Shown here: one piece after another, positions 1 through 10,795 of the stretch
How positions within the stretch are numbered: the stretch's first letter is position 1
How the letters are laid out: each line of letters opens with the position of its first letter
From: Oligoflexales bacterium
Lineage (GTDB): Bacteria; Bdellovibrionota_B; Oligoflexia; Oligoflexales; JAPPIL01
Length of the DNA: 64,000 bases
Assembly: GCA_965215515.1 (NCBI GenBank)
Contig: OZ244057.1
Location: 1,152,001-1,216,000 of the forward strand
Reading direction: 5' to 3'
Program-made: the position numbers and the translations under genes
The notes under the pieces: model-generated
Told to the model about the DNA's origin: nothing
Database searches by the model: none
What the model saw: the letters and a program-made list of their open reading frames with translations, nothing else

Positions 1-1256
1 GCCGCCGCGAAGTCGTCGTCAACGACGAAGATTTGATGCCAATAGCGGCTGAGCTGTCGCTCGGCATAACCCCAGATAGATTTGTCGATAGCACTGAGGA
101 TGGCGGCACCTAGCCCGCCGCCACCCAGAGCGTACATACTGGCATTGCGCCGTGCCTCGGCCGTGGTTTGCAGCAGTTCAACCGACAGACGCAGCGCATC
201 GTCCTCGTTGGCAAGCAACTCAGCCTGCTTGCTGACGAACTCGCTATTCACCTGTTTGACGAGACGATAGTATTCACTGGCATCCTTTCCCATCAAAACG
301 GTAGACTTGGCATATAGCTCTTCATAGCGCGGGAGACCTTCGCCGTAAGCCTGTGCGGCCTCATGCAACTCTCGCGCCAGAACTTTCATCTCAGCCAGCG
401 ACTTCCCTTCGGCAGTCACCGCGGCGATAAGCTCTCGGTAGCGTTTCTTATGTGCAAAAAAACTTTCAGTGAACGTGCCCTCCTCACCGAACCCCATGCT
501 GCCATTATGCTCTATGATTTCCTTCTCCAACTTCCCCAAACGAGCCTCCACCTTGTCCGTCGGCATGGTTCTAATCTCTTCGAGAATGCGCTTGCTATCC
601 CCCAGCGTTTTCAGTTCAACGGCATTTTCAAACACCTTGGTCAGAGCACCGAAGGCCTCCACTTCTGCCCGTATCGCCTCGCTGCCTGTGCTGTGTGCGA
701 TTCTAGCAAAAATCTCCGTGGTGCGCATGCGCCACGCGGCACGATAGAACAGCATACCACTGCTACCCATCCCATCATCGATAAGCTTGCGGGTAAATTT
801 ACCCTCGGCAAAATCTTTGAGCTCCAGACCAGTATCCTCCCTCTTTGCCAGCCGCATAATCTTCCATCTCCCCGCCAGCCTCCCGACCAAAGCCAACGGC
901 ACGACCGCCAAGGCCGCGATCGCCGCATGCTTGACGTAACCCTCGTACTTGCTGGCAAAATCGCGGCGAAAATCGTTCGGCCAAAAGACAACCTCAGCAC
1001 GGTCACCGTCGCGTAGAGCCACCCGACAATGATCGTCGTCGGCAAGCAACTGCGGCGAGTAGACCGCCACCCGCTTGCACACCAGCAGACGATAGGCACG
1101 CATGTCATCATCCCTGTGAATCGGCACGAGACCCAACGTGAGCGTGGCATCGCTGATCGCATGCACCTCGCCGTGCAGCGGCCGTATCAGCGCTTTGCAA
1201 GCTATGCCGATAACCGCGATGCAACACAAGCCGCCCTGCCACAATAAATTGCGCAT
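1..1256 (-). CDS. Hypothetical lipoprotein-like protein, runs off the window start (not in ORF track)
   Basis: Read manually: ATG at 1256 after GGGGAGGG RBS; MRNLLWQGGLCCIAVIGIAC signal/lipobox-like N-terminus; frame open to base 3 (...WHQIFVVDDDFAA); helical middle and GGGGLGAAIL hydrophobic segment. Confidence 0.7.
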   Translation of the reverse strand, partial: MRNLLWQGGLCCIAVIGIACKALIRPLHGEVHAISDATLTLGLVPIHRDDDMRAYRLLVCKRVAVYSPQLLADDDHCRVALRDGDRAEVVFWPNDFRRDFASKYEGYVKHAAIAALAVVPLALVGRLAGRWKIMRLAKREDTGLELKDFAEGKFTRKLIDDGMGSSGMLFYRAAWRMRTTEIFARIAHSTGSEAIRAEVEAFGALTKVFENAVELKTLGDSKRILEEIRTMPTDKVEARLGKLEKEIIEHNGSMGFGEEGTFTESFFAHKKRYRELIAAVTAEGKSLAEMKVLARELHEAAQAYGEGLPRYEELYAKSTVLMGKDASEYYRLVKQVNSEFVSKQAELLANEDDALRLSVELLQTTAEARRNASMYALGGGGLGAAILSAIDKSIWGYAERQLSRYWHQIFVVDDDFAA

Positions 1257-1315
1257 TACCAGCCCTCCCCCCACGCCGCCGCTATGCAAAAAATCTGCTC
1301 ATTCCACAATTTTCA

Positions 1316-1549
1316 ATGACATCAGAGACCTACATGCCTTTTAGGCCAATACCTAAAGATGTACTCATACAGAAATATATCAGAAAACGCCTCTCAATAC
1401 GAGCTATCGCCTATCAATTTTCTTGTTCAAAAACATACGTCAGAGGCCTGCTCCTCAACCACAAAATCCCCTTGAGAAAGACGAGTAGCAAGCCCACAAG
1501 GTCAATCCGAGCAGGAAAGGCGAGCGACAAGGCGGTAATGAAGGCATGA
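1316..1549 (+). pseudogene. Short HTH-like fragment, probably a mobile-element remnant
   Basis: KYIRKRLSIRAIAYQFSCSKTYVRGLL is HTH-like; lies at island edge. Confidence 0.35.
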
Positions 1550-1714
1550 GGGCGAGTTGAGGAAGTTGTCTAGCCCCATCTTCAACCTCTAGGAGCATCT
1601 CATAGGCCGCGGGCGGGGGTATTGGCATCTAGCGATCTGTAGTGCCTATTCCTGTCTAGATCAAGCCGCCTTGCGAGGCGATCTCTTAGCCACTGACAGC
1701 CTGAGGTCTGTAGA

Positions 1715-2374
1715 TGCCCCCGTTATTTTTGGCTGTTTCTCTTATCTTATCATCATCGTAGCCTTTATCAGCAATGACGTTGCCAGCTTGAGGCAAATTC
1801 TCAAGCAATTCTTCGGCCATCACAGCGTCATGCACCTGCCCTTCGGTAATGACAAAATCAACAGGTCGAGCCATATTGTCTGCTACCATACTAATCTTCG
1901 TCGTGTGGCCACCAACTGACTTGCCAATAGCGGCCTCTTCACCTTTGCGAGCACCACTGCTGTGTTGATGTGCCTTGACGATCGTAGCGTCTATGGACAC
2001 GCTGCCCAGATCACAATGTACCAGATAGCTGTCAAAGACAGATTGCAGCTTACCGCTCTTTCCTCAGTCCGTAAAGCGTTTGTGCAGTGCTCGCCAGTCG
2101 CCGTATTTTTCAGGCACACATCGCCACGGACACCCTGACTTTAGCTTAAATAAAATACCACGCACAGTCAGATGCAGCCTCTTCTTGCGATACACGCCCG
2201 CCTCCAACAGTTTGTTTTTAAGTATTGACCATTGTTCATCTGTGAGTATAATGCCTCTCATGGGTGAACCTCTGGAAATTATTGTTGTATCTTTCCATAT
2301 GATGCAGGTTTGCCCTACTAATTACAAGTGATTAGCACACACAAAAAATCATTAAACAAAACGGCGACACGCCC
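1715..2374 (-). mobile_element. IS5-family element copy A, 3'-truncated, transposase with in-frame TGA
   Basis: LTDEQW...GCPWR..P.KYG.W and SIDATIVKAHQHSSG...TTKI...ADKGYD motifs in one frame; end GGGCGTGTCGCCGTTT next to CTAG. Confidence 0.9.
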
Positions 2375-2377
2375 TAG

Positions 2378-3397
2378 ATAAATCACTTTCAACAATTTTA
2401 TGATGCAGCACCTTTCTTTCTGCAAAAATTTCATCTTCTCTCTCCGCGAGAATTTTTTTATTGCGCCGCACTAAATAAGGGCTGTCTGGTCTCCATTGCT
2501 GCAAATGTTCACTTAAATAAAATTTTGGATCAAGCAATTGCACAAGACTGTTGAACTGCTCTTGATCGCCAGTAAAGGGAGTTGCTGATAGCATTAATAA
2601 CGCTGGACTGTTGTAAACAATTTGTTCTGCTAGCTCACGCAGCCTCTTTGTGGCTTTGTTTTTATCTCGCACAAAATGATGACATTCATCAATAACGATA
2701 CAATCCCAACTTATATTTTGCAACGGCTTTAAATTTTCCCACCGCTTAACGAAATCACGCGACACAATTACCCGTTCCACCACCTGCCACGGATTTTTTA
2801 CGCCTCTGCTGCTTAAACGTTCCCGTGTGCCACGACCATATACTTCAAATGCTAAACCAAATCGCTCGTAAAGTTCTGTTTGCCACTTTTCGCAAAGATG
2901 TTGCGGGATAATAATTAACACCCGTTCAGCCCGCCTACGCCGTGTTAGCTCAGCCAGAATTATCGCGGCCTCGGTAGGCTTGCCTAGTCCAACGTCATCA
3001 CAAGCAATAGACGCGGGAACGGCAACGCATCAACCACCCTACGCCATGGCTCAAATTGCCACGGCTTAACCTCAATAGCACAACGCCTCGCCGTCTGTGG
3101 CTCTTTAGAATCCCTTCTGTCGGCTAACACCCTCTCCTTGCGCATTGCTAAAAACGGCTGATAAAGTTCCCGCCGCTGCACTTTTGCTTTATGCACAGCT
3201 GGAATTGCTCCCTCATGCGGTGGCAACACACGCAAGGTACTTGACTCAAGTTGCGGAATTGCCCACACACCTGCACTACTTCTTCGGCATAATTTGCCCC
3301 TTGCCGCAAAAGCTCAAGCTGCCAAAAATCCCTCTCTGCCTTCACAAAACGCCACACTCCACCACGACACTCAACTAATTGCCCTGGTGCTGGTTTG
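2378..3397 (-). pseudogene. SNF2-family helicase N-terminal fragment (DrmD/RapA-like), frameshifted and cut by IS5
   Basis: PRLLL/(A)DDVGLGK, IIIPQHL..KWQ.EL, IVIDECHH and LMLSATP spread over several frames. Confidence 0.8.
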
Positions 3398-3471
3398 CTA
3401 ACCATAACTGAACTCCTCTACGTGATTGTTAGAAGCCGATAGGGTGTCCGCTTTTTACGGGGGCATCTACA
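3398..3471 (-). mobile_element. Orphan left-end stub (74 bp) of the IS3/IS2-like element
   Basis: Near-identical to 14658-14732; TGTAGATGCCCCCGTAAAAAGCGGACAC...ATGGTTAG. Confidence 0.9.
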
Positions 3472-3633
3472 AACTCCCTGTATTTGTGTACATAAGCACC
3501 ATCGACCGTTTAGTGTGCTCGCTTTAGCTCCATCTCCCCACGTGCCAAAACTTCGGGTTAAACTGGGGGGTAATTTGTAACAATCTGTTTTTTTATCACA
3601 ATCTGCTATCTGGAGGACAAGAGAGGCTGTTGT

Positions 3634-4191
3634 CTACCCGCTAGGGGTGCGTTTTTGTCTCAAAATTTTCTTGTTGGCGGTCAAGACCGGTAATGTCTGT
3701 CCTGCAAAATCTCCATCGTGCGTGACCAGTGTCAACCCTTGACTAAGACACAACTTAGCAAATATTTGGTCATTGAAATCAAACTTACCTGTGGCGTAGC
3801 TTGCAAATAAACTACGATGTTGCAGTTGCGAAAAGCCGCTTTCCAATACCTGACACATGCTCGTGATTTTCTTGGCAGCAATGGCAATTTGTTTAGCCAC
3901 TGGCTTGAAGTACTCGCTCTGACGATAAGTTTTAAAACTATTGCTGGGTGCGGTGTTTTTCCACTTTGTTCTCGCATAGGTATTGACAAACTCAGAGATG
4001 ACCAGAACATCGGTAAACAGCTGGCTTTTGGCTGTCAGCATGCTGTTAAACGCTGCTGAATACACTTCCTGCATTCTGTCGCCCTTGGTCTCTCTTGGAG
4101 AATAAATATAGAGCCATATATTGGCATCTAGGAACAGCTGTTCGGAGTCAGTGAACTTGTAGTTGTTTATGTTATGTGGTGGCAAACTCAA
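3634..4191 (-). CDS. PIN-domain protein (putative ribonuclease toxin)
   Basis: LFLDANIW, SE, DFND, LVTHDGDF acidic PIN motifs; TTGA overlap with upstream gene. Confidence 0.85.
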   Translation of the reverse strand: MSLPPHNINNYKFTDSEQLFLDANIWLYIYSPRETKGDRMQEVYSAAFNSMLTAKSQLFTDVLVISEFVNTYARTKWKNTAPSNSFKTYRQSEYFKPVAKQIAIAAKKITSMCQVLESGFSQLQHRSLFASYATGKFDFNDQIFAKLCLSQGLTLVTHDGDFAGQTLPVLTANKKILRQKRTPSG

Positions 4192-4538
4192 CCCTCTTCA
4201 GCCGCCTTGACCGCTTGTCTGTGTTTCTCTGGGTCTTTGAAATACTGCTTGGCATTCTCAACAACAGCATCTATCAGTTCCTTGTCGTCGGGTTCAATGT
4301 CAGTATAGCTTAGGCGTGCCTCGATATCTTCTGCGGTAAACTCGCCATACAGACAACCTATCGCACGGTTCAGGAAGGCAGAAGTCAATATGGTCACATT
4401 GAGGAGCGAGAGATTGACATAGTAGCCCGCGTTAAAAGCCTCGACAATACGCTCGTAGAGCCTATCTCCGTCGCGAGTAGCTACGCACATAGGGCTGCCT
4501 ACCACCGAGATCACTGAAACCTTGACTTCGTTTGCCAT
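4188..4538 (-). CDS. STAS-like domain protein (DUF4325-like)
   Basis: DGDRLYERI...VNLSLLNVTILTSAFLNRAIG.LY pattern; GAGGT RBS. Confidence 0.8.
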   Translation of the reverse strand: MANEVKVSVISVVGSPMCVATRDGDRLYERIVEAFNAGYYVNLSLLNVTILTSAFLNRAIGCLYGEFTAEDIEARLSYTDIEPDDKELIDAVVENAKQYFKDPEKHRQAVKAAEEG

Positions 4539-4592
4539 GACCTACCTCACCAAAAAATCAACTAGTACCCGACCAAAACATGACAATACCCA

Positions 4593-5438
4593 CTATCCAA
4601 CGACGTTAACCTCTAGGCTCACCACTGTGCCAGGCAAGGTAAATGCCAAAGACGCATCATTTACTCGCCCCCCGCGCTTTTCCCAATAACCATTACCCGA
4701 TACGGTTCTAACACACCCTGCGTTGGAATCAAAGAAGCGATTGAGGTGCTGCAGCCCCATTCCTCCAGGTGCCCCTTGCCTAGTGGTATTTCCCTCCACC
4801 GCCCACCTGATTGCGTCAACTGCCGTTATGTCTTCTCGCCGAAAGTTCTTCACGCTCTGGTGTATGCCGATGCCCATGTCTGCTACGGTGAAGACGAGGC
4901 TCTTCTTTTTGAGGAAGAACTGCCCGCAGCTGAAAACATCCAGCTGTGTGTGGGCGTGCTGGGAGACGTTGTTGAAAATTTCCGAGACGTTCTTGGTGAA
5001 GTCCTTCTGCGCCTTGCCCTCCATGCTAACGACTTTGGGGTGGCGCAGCAACTCATTGAATACATAACTCGAAAAAGCGACTTCGTTCTCAGTAGCAAAT
5101 CTGCGATATGCGATAGTGGTGTCCCAGTTGTCCGCAACTTTCTCTCCTCCGTGATAGGAAAGGAAGCCGTTTCTCATCAGAATATATTCGAGTTTGTCAT
5201 CCGCAGTCACAAACTTAAATTGGTTTAGCCTTTGTTCTAGTAGGCAGACAATCCCGCCTAGCGGTGCGCACATATCGGCATCAATCCATTTAGTTCTCCG
5301 CATATCAATAACGATGTTGCTGGGTGAGCAGGCATGAACCCGTGCATACAAGCAAGCTAACGCCTCAAATCCATCTTGATTATGACCTATACTAGGCAAA
5401 GTAAGTGTAAACGTTTGCACCCTTGTGTCCTCAGCCAT
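4593..5438 (-). CDS. HATPase/GHKL anti-sigma-kinase-like ATP-binding protein with N-terminal STAS-like region
   Basis: N box EIFNNVSQHA, G1 DMGIGI, G2 GGMGL, GTVV; N-terminal IVIDMRRTKWIDADM; start MAEDT chosen (ORF extends to 5567). Confidence 0.8.
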   Translation of the reverse strand: MAEDTRVQTFTLTLPSIGHNQDGFEALACLYARVHACSPSNIVIDMRRTKWIDADMCAPLGGIVCLLEQRLNQFKFVTADDKLEYILMRNGFLSYHGGEKVADNWDTTIAYRRFATENEVAFSSYVFNELLRHPKVVSMEGKAQKDFTKNVSEIFNNVSQHAHTQLDVFSCGQFFLKKKSLVFTVADMGIGIHQSVKNFRREDITAVDAIRWAVEGNTTRQGAPGGMGLQHLNRFFDSNAGCVRTVSGNGYWEKRGGRVNDASLAFTLPGTVVSLEVNVVG

Positions 5439-5679
5439 CTGTGTCGACGGATTCAAACAACTGGCACTCCATTTGTCAACCCCTACAATTAGCACTTTAA
5501 CACCGCCATCTATTCGCCGATGCGCCCTCTGAAGGAGGGGTATAGGTGCGGGCGACAGCGCAAACAATGCACTGCAAGGCTTTGAGATCCATAGCAGTTT
5601 TGTTGACCCTGAAACACTGCTTGGTATTGCTCACAGCGATAATTTTCACAGCATTCAAGCTACATACTGCAATGAACAC

Positions 5680-7135
5680 ATGCGAGCCTGGCGCGATTTT
5701 TACCGTGAGCTAGACCAAAAAAGCAAAAGATACTTTAACAAAAACAAACTAAAAGAACTCTATGACCAATGGTTTATCAAAACAATTGCTTATTTTGGCT
5801 ACCAAGATTTTAAACTACAATCAGAGGGCTTTATTTTTCCTGTCATCGACGGTTTATTCAAGCAAAATTTTCACCAGCACGGCAATCGTATCGGGGCATT
5901 GCTGCTGTACCCCATGAACGCATTGGTTGAAGATCAGTTCTTTCGTATTCTCAAGTATGCTAAGGGCACGGGTATCAGAGCAGGAATTTACAACGGCACA
6001 TTTAAAAATCCCTCCCGCTCTTTTCGTGAGAGGATAAACAAAAAAATACAAGGTGAAATTGATCCTGACATAAACCCTGACAGTGTATATGTTGATCCTA
6101 CTAAGCCTGAAACTGTGCCGCACATTTTATTAACTAACTACAAGATGCTTGAATATATGCTGCTACGTTCTTCCGATCAATCTCTGTTTAAAGACATTGA
6201 CCTACAGTATCTTGTGCTCGACGAAGCACATATCTATACAGGCACACTTGGCTTAGAGATAGCTTGTCTGCTAGCCCGCTTGCGAGTGCATCTCGATACA
6301 GGAGGTGAGAATTTTCTGCCTATTGCTACTTCGGCAACCTTAGTGCAAAAGCCATCACAAAGCGATGAAGCTAGCAATGGCAAGCAAGATAACAAAATGC
6401 GAGACTTCTTTACGCAACTGTTTGGTAAAGAATTCCCTGACAATAACAATTGGTTGCTTGAAGATGAGTATCAAGAGCTAGAAGATTATCAACAAGAGGC
6501 TTTTGCTAGATTTTTACAGGTGCGGTCGGCTGATATAGGTGCAGAGTTGAAGAAAAGTTTTCCTGATTCATTGCTCAGCTTAGCGAAGCTGTTCTTTGCT
6601 ATCAACTTAGAAGATACTGTGCCTAAAGGCAGCCAAGAAGCATACGAGCAGTGGGGTAAACTTATCTTTCCTCACGTTGAGCAGATGGCACGAGCATTGC
6701 CGAAAATTTTGCTAGATGATAATAGAGCTACTGTTATCAAGTGGCAAGATGCTATTGAGAAGTTTCACCGCGTATTACAAGGCTCGGCATCGCACCTAGA
6801 AGCTTTGCTGATACTGGCTAGCCATGCGTTTGTGGGAAATTTTAAATTTCCAACCTTAGGGCTGCGGGTGCATGTTTTCACTAAACCTGAACCATGTGTT
6901 TACTGGAGTCTTGATAAGCAAAGGCTAGCACGTCAGCCACAGGGTGATATGCTTGATTCCGTTTCCTGTCGCAACTGTGGGCATCAAGCCTGGGCAGCAC
7001 TCTATGAACCGCTTAACGAAGATGGCGGCACTTCTGGCAGGCTGTTACCCTTGCCAGATTTCTACGAAGAACATGACTATGCTAGTGGGCAAGAATTTGT
7101 CGTTTTTCATAACGTTGATGATATCGACGAAACTA
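5680..7135 (+). pseudogene. DEAD/DEAH helicase fragment (DUF1998-type defence helicase), Walker A lost, cut by IS5
   Basis: ALLLYPMNALVEDQ, PHILLTNYKMLEYMLLR, LVLDEAHIY.G, ATSATL, CRNCG; N-terminus appears to be unrelated sequence joined at SEGFIFP. Confidence 0.8.
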
Positions 7136-7765
7136 GGGCGTGTCGCCGTTTTGATTCTATTATTTTAACAACTCCCTAGTGTTGCATGGCATAGCGTGGA
7201 TGACCAGACAACAATGCATCCAAGTAAAAGCATGCCTTCGTAGTTTCTTTTCAGCTTTTCATATCGTGTGGCAATAGACCTGAAGTGTTTTAGCCTTGCA
7301 AATAAATTCTCAACCTTAGGCCTGAGTTTATATGCTTCTTTACAGAAAGACTCGTTCTTTTTACTAGAATTACTCCTTCTTGGTATGACAGGATTGCCCA
7401 GATCACAATGTAGCAAATAGCTATCAAAGACAGATTGCAGCTTACCGCTCTTTACCCAGGCCGTAAAGCGTTTGTGCAGTGCTCGCCAGTCGCCGTATTT
7501 TTCAGGCACACATCGCCACGGACACCCTGACTTTAGCTTAAAAAAATACCATGCACAGTCAGATGCAGCCTCTTCTTGCGATACACGCCCGCCTCCAACA
7601 GTTTGTTTTTAAGTATTGACCATTGTTCATCTGTGAATATAATGCCTCTCATAGGTAAATCTCTGGAAATTATTGTTATGTCTTTCCATATGATGCAGGT
7701 TTGCCCTATTAATTACAAGTGATTAGCACACACAAAAAATTATTAAACGAAACGGCGACACACCC
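7136..7765 (-). mobile_element. IS5-family element copy B, both ends present, internally deleted
   Basis: Inverted ends GGGCGTGTCGCCGTTT / AAACGGCGACACACCC, each next to CTAG; C-terminal YKLRPKVENLFARLKHFRSIATRYEK. Confidence 0.9.
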
Positions 7766-7768
7766 TAG

Positions 7769-8369
7769 CAAAAACAACATTAAGCCTGTATTTAAGGAAA
7801 TGGTAGAAAGCAACATGTTCAGTGTAAAGTTAAGTGTCAACGAGCAAGAAGTCTCTAACTACGAACCGTTTATTCCCACAGTATTTGGCAAGGGACAAGC
7901 AATTACCTTGACTATGCCACTTGGTGTGGTGCTACCTTATCTTACCAAGAGAGATGTCAGTGACGAAGATTTCTACACCACTTTTGGAGAATTTTTTATC
8001 AGAGCTACCCATCGTGTTTTACGTCTATGCAAGCGCGGTAATAGTTTGAAAATAGTGCTTGATAAGATCCATGCCCGTGCTGCAGCTGGCAGTGATAAGC
8101 AATATGATAAGGTAGATGTTATGCTGCTTGACACCGAAGAAGGTGGTAGCGGGATAATAGAGTTGATATGGGGTTATTGGGATGACATTTTGATAGAGGC
8201 AAAACGGCTTGTTGAGAAGGATTGCTGCAAGAACGCTTGTTATCACTGTGTGTGGAGCTATGACAATCAGAAGTTACATAATTTGATCAACAAAAGTATC
8301 TTTGCCTGCCAAAAAGCTCGTGCCACAGTTAGATTATGCTTTGCTCAAGGAGATTGTAAGTTCTTTTGA
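7769..8369 (+). pseudogene. DUF1998/MrfA-like Zn-binding C-terminal fragment of a helicase
   Basis: LLDTEEGGSG...CCKNACYHCVWSYDNQ. Confidence 0.75.
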
Positions 8370-8417
8370 AAAAGTTGCGTCACGGGTTGAGTTGCAAATC
8401 ACAAAAAGCGAGCATAG

Positions 8418-8690
8418 ACAGGTGAAGAGAAATACAGCTGCTTCAAGATTGCGTTCAAGTCCTGTGTCCGTGAACTCCCTCCCCGACAAAGAGACATCAT
8501 TTCTGCTCGCTATGAGAATAACAAAACGATTACAGAGATCGCCGCTGATATGAGGATTAGCAGGCAAGCAGTGTTCAAAAGCATGAAAATTGCTCTGTCA
8601 AAATTGAAGGAAAGTTTGACCAGCGGCACGATACAAAGACGGGTTATCGCGGTGAAAGAACTGCTGCCTCTGACATTGACAAAAGGTTGA
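8418..8690 (+). pseudogene. Sigma-70 region-4-like HTH fragment (no start; not in ORF track)
   Basis: Manual translation ELPPRQRDIISARYENNKTITEIAADMRISRQAVFKSMKIALSKLKE. Confidence 0.7.
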
Positions 8691-8858
8691 TAAGAGGTTG
8701 ACACTTTCAGCAGATAGTTAGGTTTCTCCAATTAGTGGCAAACACCGCAGTTATCAAAGGAGTTGCAGCATACACATAGATTTATGGCGACAAGAAATAA
8801 CAGATAATGAGGTTGACATATCCCCTTCTTAATTGAAGTCGATTCAAAAGTTGGAACA

Positions 8859-9125
8859 TTGAACTTGGCTATTGAATTCGATGCCACGCACAAAAGCCAT
8901 CGCAGCCATAGGTGCAAGCTCAATGCCTATTATGTCCAAGATAAAATTGACAGAGTGCTTTATGTGTGTGCGAGCAAATACATTTTGCACACCCTACTTA
9001 AGCTAGATGCGGAGGCAGCCGAACGACATGCGTGCCAGTCTAAATTTTACTTCGCCTTGTTTAACGATGTCACTGAAGCAAAAAACGAAATGACATTTAA
9101 AAATACGCACGGGGACATCTACACA
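8859..9125 (+). pseudogene. Possible replication-relaxation-type protein C-terminal fragment
   Basis: LAIEFDATHKSHRSHRCKLNAYY...VLYVC. Confidence 0.4.
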
Positions 9126-9153
9126 TGCAAAGCAGAAAAACGTTGCTATTGGG

Positions 9154-9610
9154 GTGGTTGCAAGGAAAATTGTAGAAATCGACACGAGCCTAGCAAAGGT
9201 GGCCAGTCAGCGGGAAAGCATCGACAAACGCTTAAGCTTCTTGCTTGAGGGTGACGATCTGGAGATGGCACAATCGTTCAGAGACGAGTATGGCAAGCAG
9301 TTTATGAGTTTGAGGGACAAGGAACGGGAGCTTGACAGCACGAAGAGAGAACTTCAACTGCTGCACAAACACCTCTTGGAGGCTCGCCCTTCCCCGCAAA
9401 GCTGGAGGGTTGGATCTTGCTAGCGAGGCTATCAGCCACATTAAGAAGGATGATTTGACCTCGCTCAAGTCTGTATACCGAAGGATGTTTGAGAAAATTA
9501 TTATCCGTCCACTGGAGGGCAAGAAAGTTCAACTGGAGTTCATTTTCAAAGATGCGATCACACCACCTAGCGGGGGTGTGGTCATGTTTTGCACAGCGGT
9601 GGGCAGCCCT
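9154..9610 (+). pseudogene. Large serine recombinase C-terminal fragment (frameshifted)
   Basis: Coiled coil then LKSVYRRMFEKIIIRPLEGKKVQLEFIF; no catalytic domain. Confidence 0.6.
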
Positions 9611-9723
9611 CCCCCCAACTGTTGCCTTCCCCAGACCACACTCCCCTATTCTACGGCCTCAATACCGATAAAGCAAAACGGTTGCAAACCCTGGTCATTG
9701 CGCTATAACACGGGGGTGCACCA

Positions 9724-9797
9724 GCACCCGTAGCTCAGTCGGATAGAGCAGCAGGCTTCGAACCTGAAGGTCGGGCGTTCGAATCGCTCCGGGTGCG
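9724..9797 (+). tRNA. tRNA-Arg (anticodon UCG), CCA not encoded
   Basis: GCACCCG acceptor pairs with CGGGTGC; D arm TAGCTCAGTCGGATAGAGC; anticodon arm CAGG-CTTCGAA-CCTG; T loop GTTCGAATC. Confidence 0.92.
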
Positions 9798-9940
9798 CTC
9801 TGCATATCGGCACGCGGAATCCGTCCTCGCCAGTATTCGGCGGGGACGGGTTGTTGAAGACGAATTGCAAGCGGACTTCTGCTTCGTCCACGCGTCTAAC
9901 GGTAATCTTTGCAAATATCCGCCGATAGGTAGACCTAAGC
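9798..9940 (-). pseudogene. Second serine recombinase C-terminal fragment reading into the tRNA 3' end
   Basis: LRSTYRRIFAKITVRRVDEAEVRLQFVF resembles the 9154-9610 fragment. Confidence 0.55.
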
Positions 9941-9985
9941 TGTAGATGCCCCCGTAAAAAGCGGACACCCTATCGGCTTCTAACA
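9941..9985 (+). mobile_element. Orphan IS3 left-end stub (45 bp)
   Basis: TGTAGATGCCCCCGTAAAAAGCGGACACCCTATCGGCTTCTAACA. Confidence 0.9.
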
Positions 9986-10127
9986 GGGGAACACTGCAAG
10001 TGTTTTGAAAAATGGGGCATCGTAGAATTATAATCAATTTGTATAAATCATACTGTTGTCTATTTTTATGTTTTCTTAAAATTGTTTCCTTAAAAAATTA
10101 GAAACAAAATTAAATTAACTAAAACAA

Positions 10128-10491
10128 GTGGCCGATGTCAGAGATGAAATCAGGTTGTTACTATGTAGGTGTAATATGGCTCGAAGGGCAAAAGAGTTAC
10201 GTCTCACCCAGCTTGAGGAGTTTTTGGGCAAGGTTGATGCCTGTGGGGCAAAATTTTCTCAACGACAAAAGAAGGAGATAGGTAAGTTCTTCCTTGAAGA
10301 TGTCATGGGCTTTACCAAGGGTGAATTTGTGTCCTGTAAACAGGGCAAAGAAACACCTGATTTTGAACCTCGCAGTGAAGATTTGTGCCCATGGGCGTTG
10401 TTTATCACTGATAAAGCTGGTGAAGAATTCCATGTTGTTATCACCAACGGCAAAGAACTTTGTGTCTTCGGTTTTAATCACGAGGTAGCTA
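10128..10491 (+). pseudogene. N-terminal fragment of an unknown protein, cut by IS5
   Basis: ORF runs into the IS end (RACRRFV). Confidence 0.4.
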
Positions 10492-10648
10492 GGGCGTGTC
10501 GCCGTTTCGTTTAATAATTTTTTGTGTGTGCTAATCACTTGTAATTAGTAGGGCAAGCCTGTATCACATGGAAAGATATGACAATAATTTCCGGAGGTTT
10601 ACCCACGGGAGGCATTATACTCACAGATGAACAATGGTCAATACTTAA
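10492..10648 (+). mobile_element. IS5-family copy C, left-end stub only
   Basis: CTAG GGCGTGTCGCCGTTT to ...GATGAACAATGGTCAATACTTAA matches copies A, B and D. Confidence 0.9.
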
Positions 10649-10736
10649 GTGCAGCTGCCGCATACCGCGAATTGCGGGGGTTGATAGCATGTGGCAGGCT
10701 GATTGATTTGGGCTAACAGATTCTCGCGTGGGAGAG

Positions 10737-10765
10737 GCGGGGTAGCGACACCTTCGCTACCCCGC
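10737..10765. promoter_or_regulatory. Perfect 12-bp inverted repeat (hairpin) upstream of a lipoprotein gene
   Basis: GCGGGGTAGCGA-cacct-TCGCTACCCCGC. Confidence 0.5.
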
Positions 10766-10795
10766 GATACAACAATGAGGACTATGGAGGATGTT

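Noticed and set aside
82..1247. Track ORFs such as 363-1016 (+) and 641-1162 (-)
   Set aside because: Better explained as shadows of the minus-strand ORF starting at 1256
2064..2066. TGA=Trp recoding
   Set aside because: Core genes (pnp, rpsG, mvaD) stop at TGA at the expected ends and use TGG for Trp
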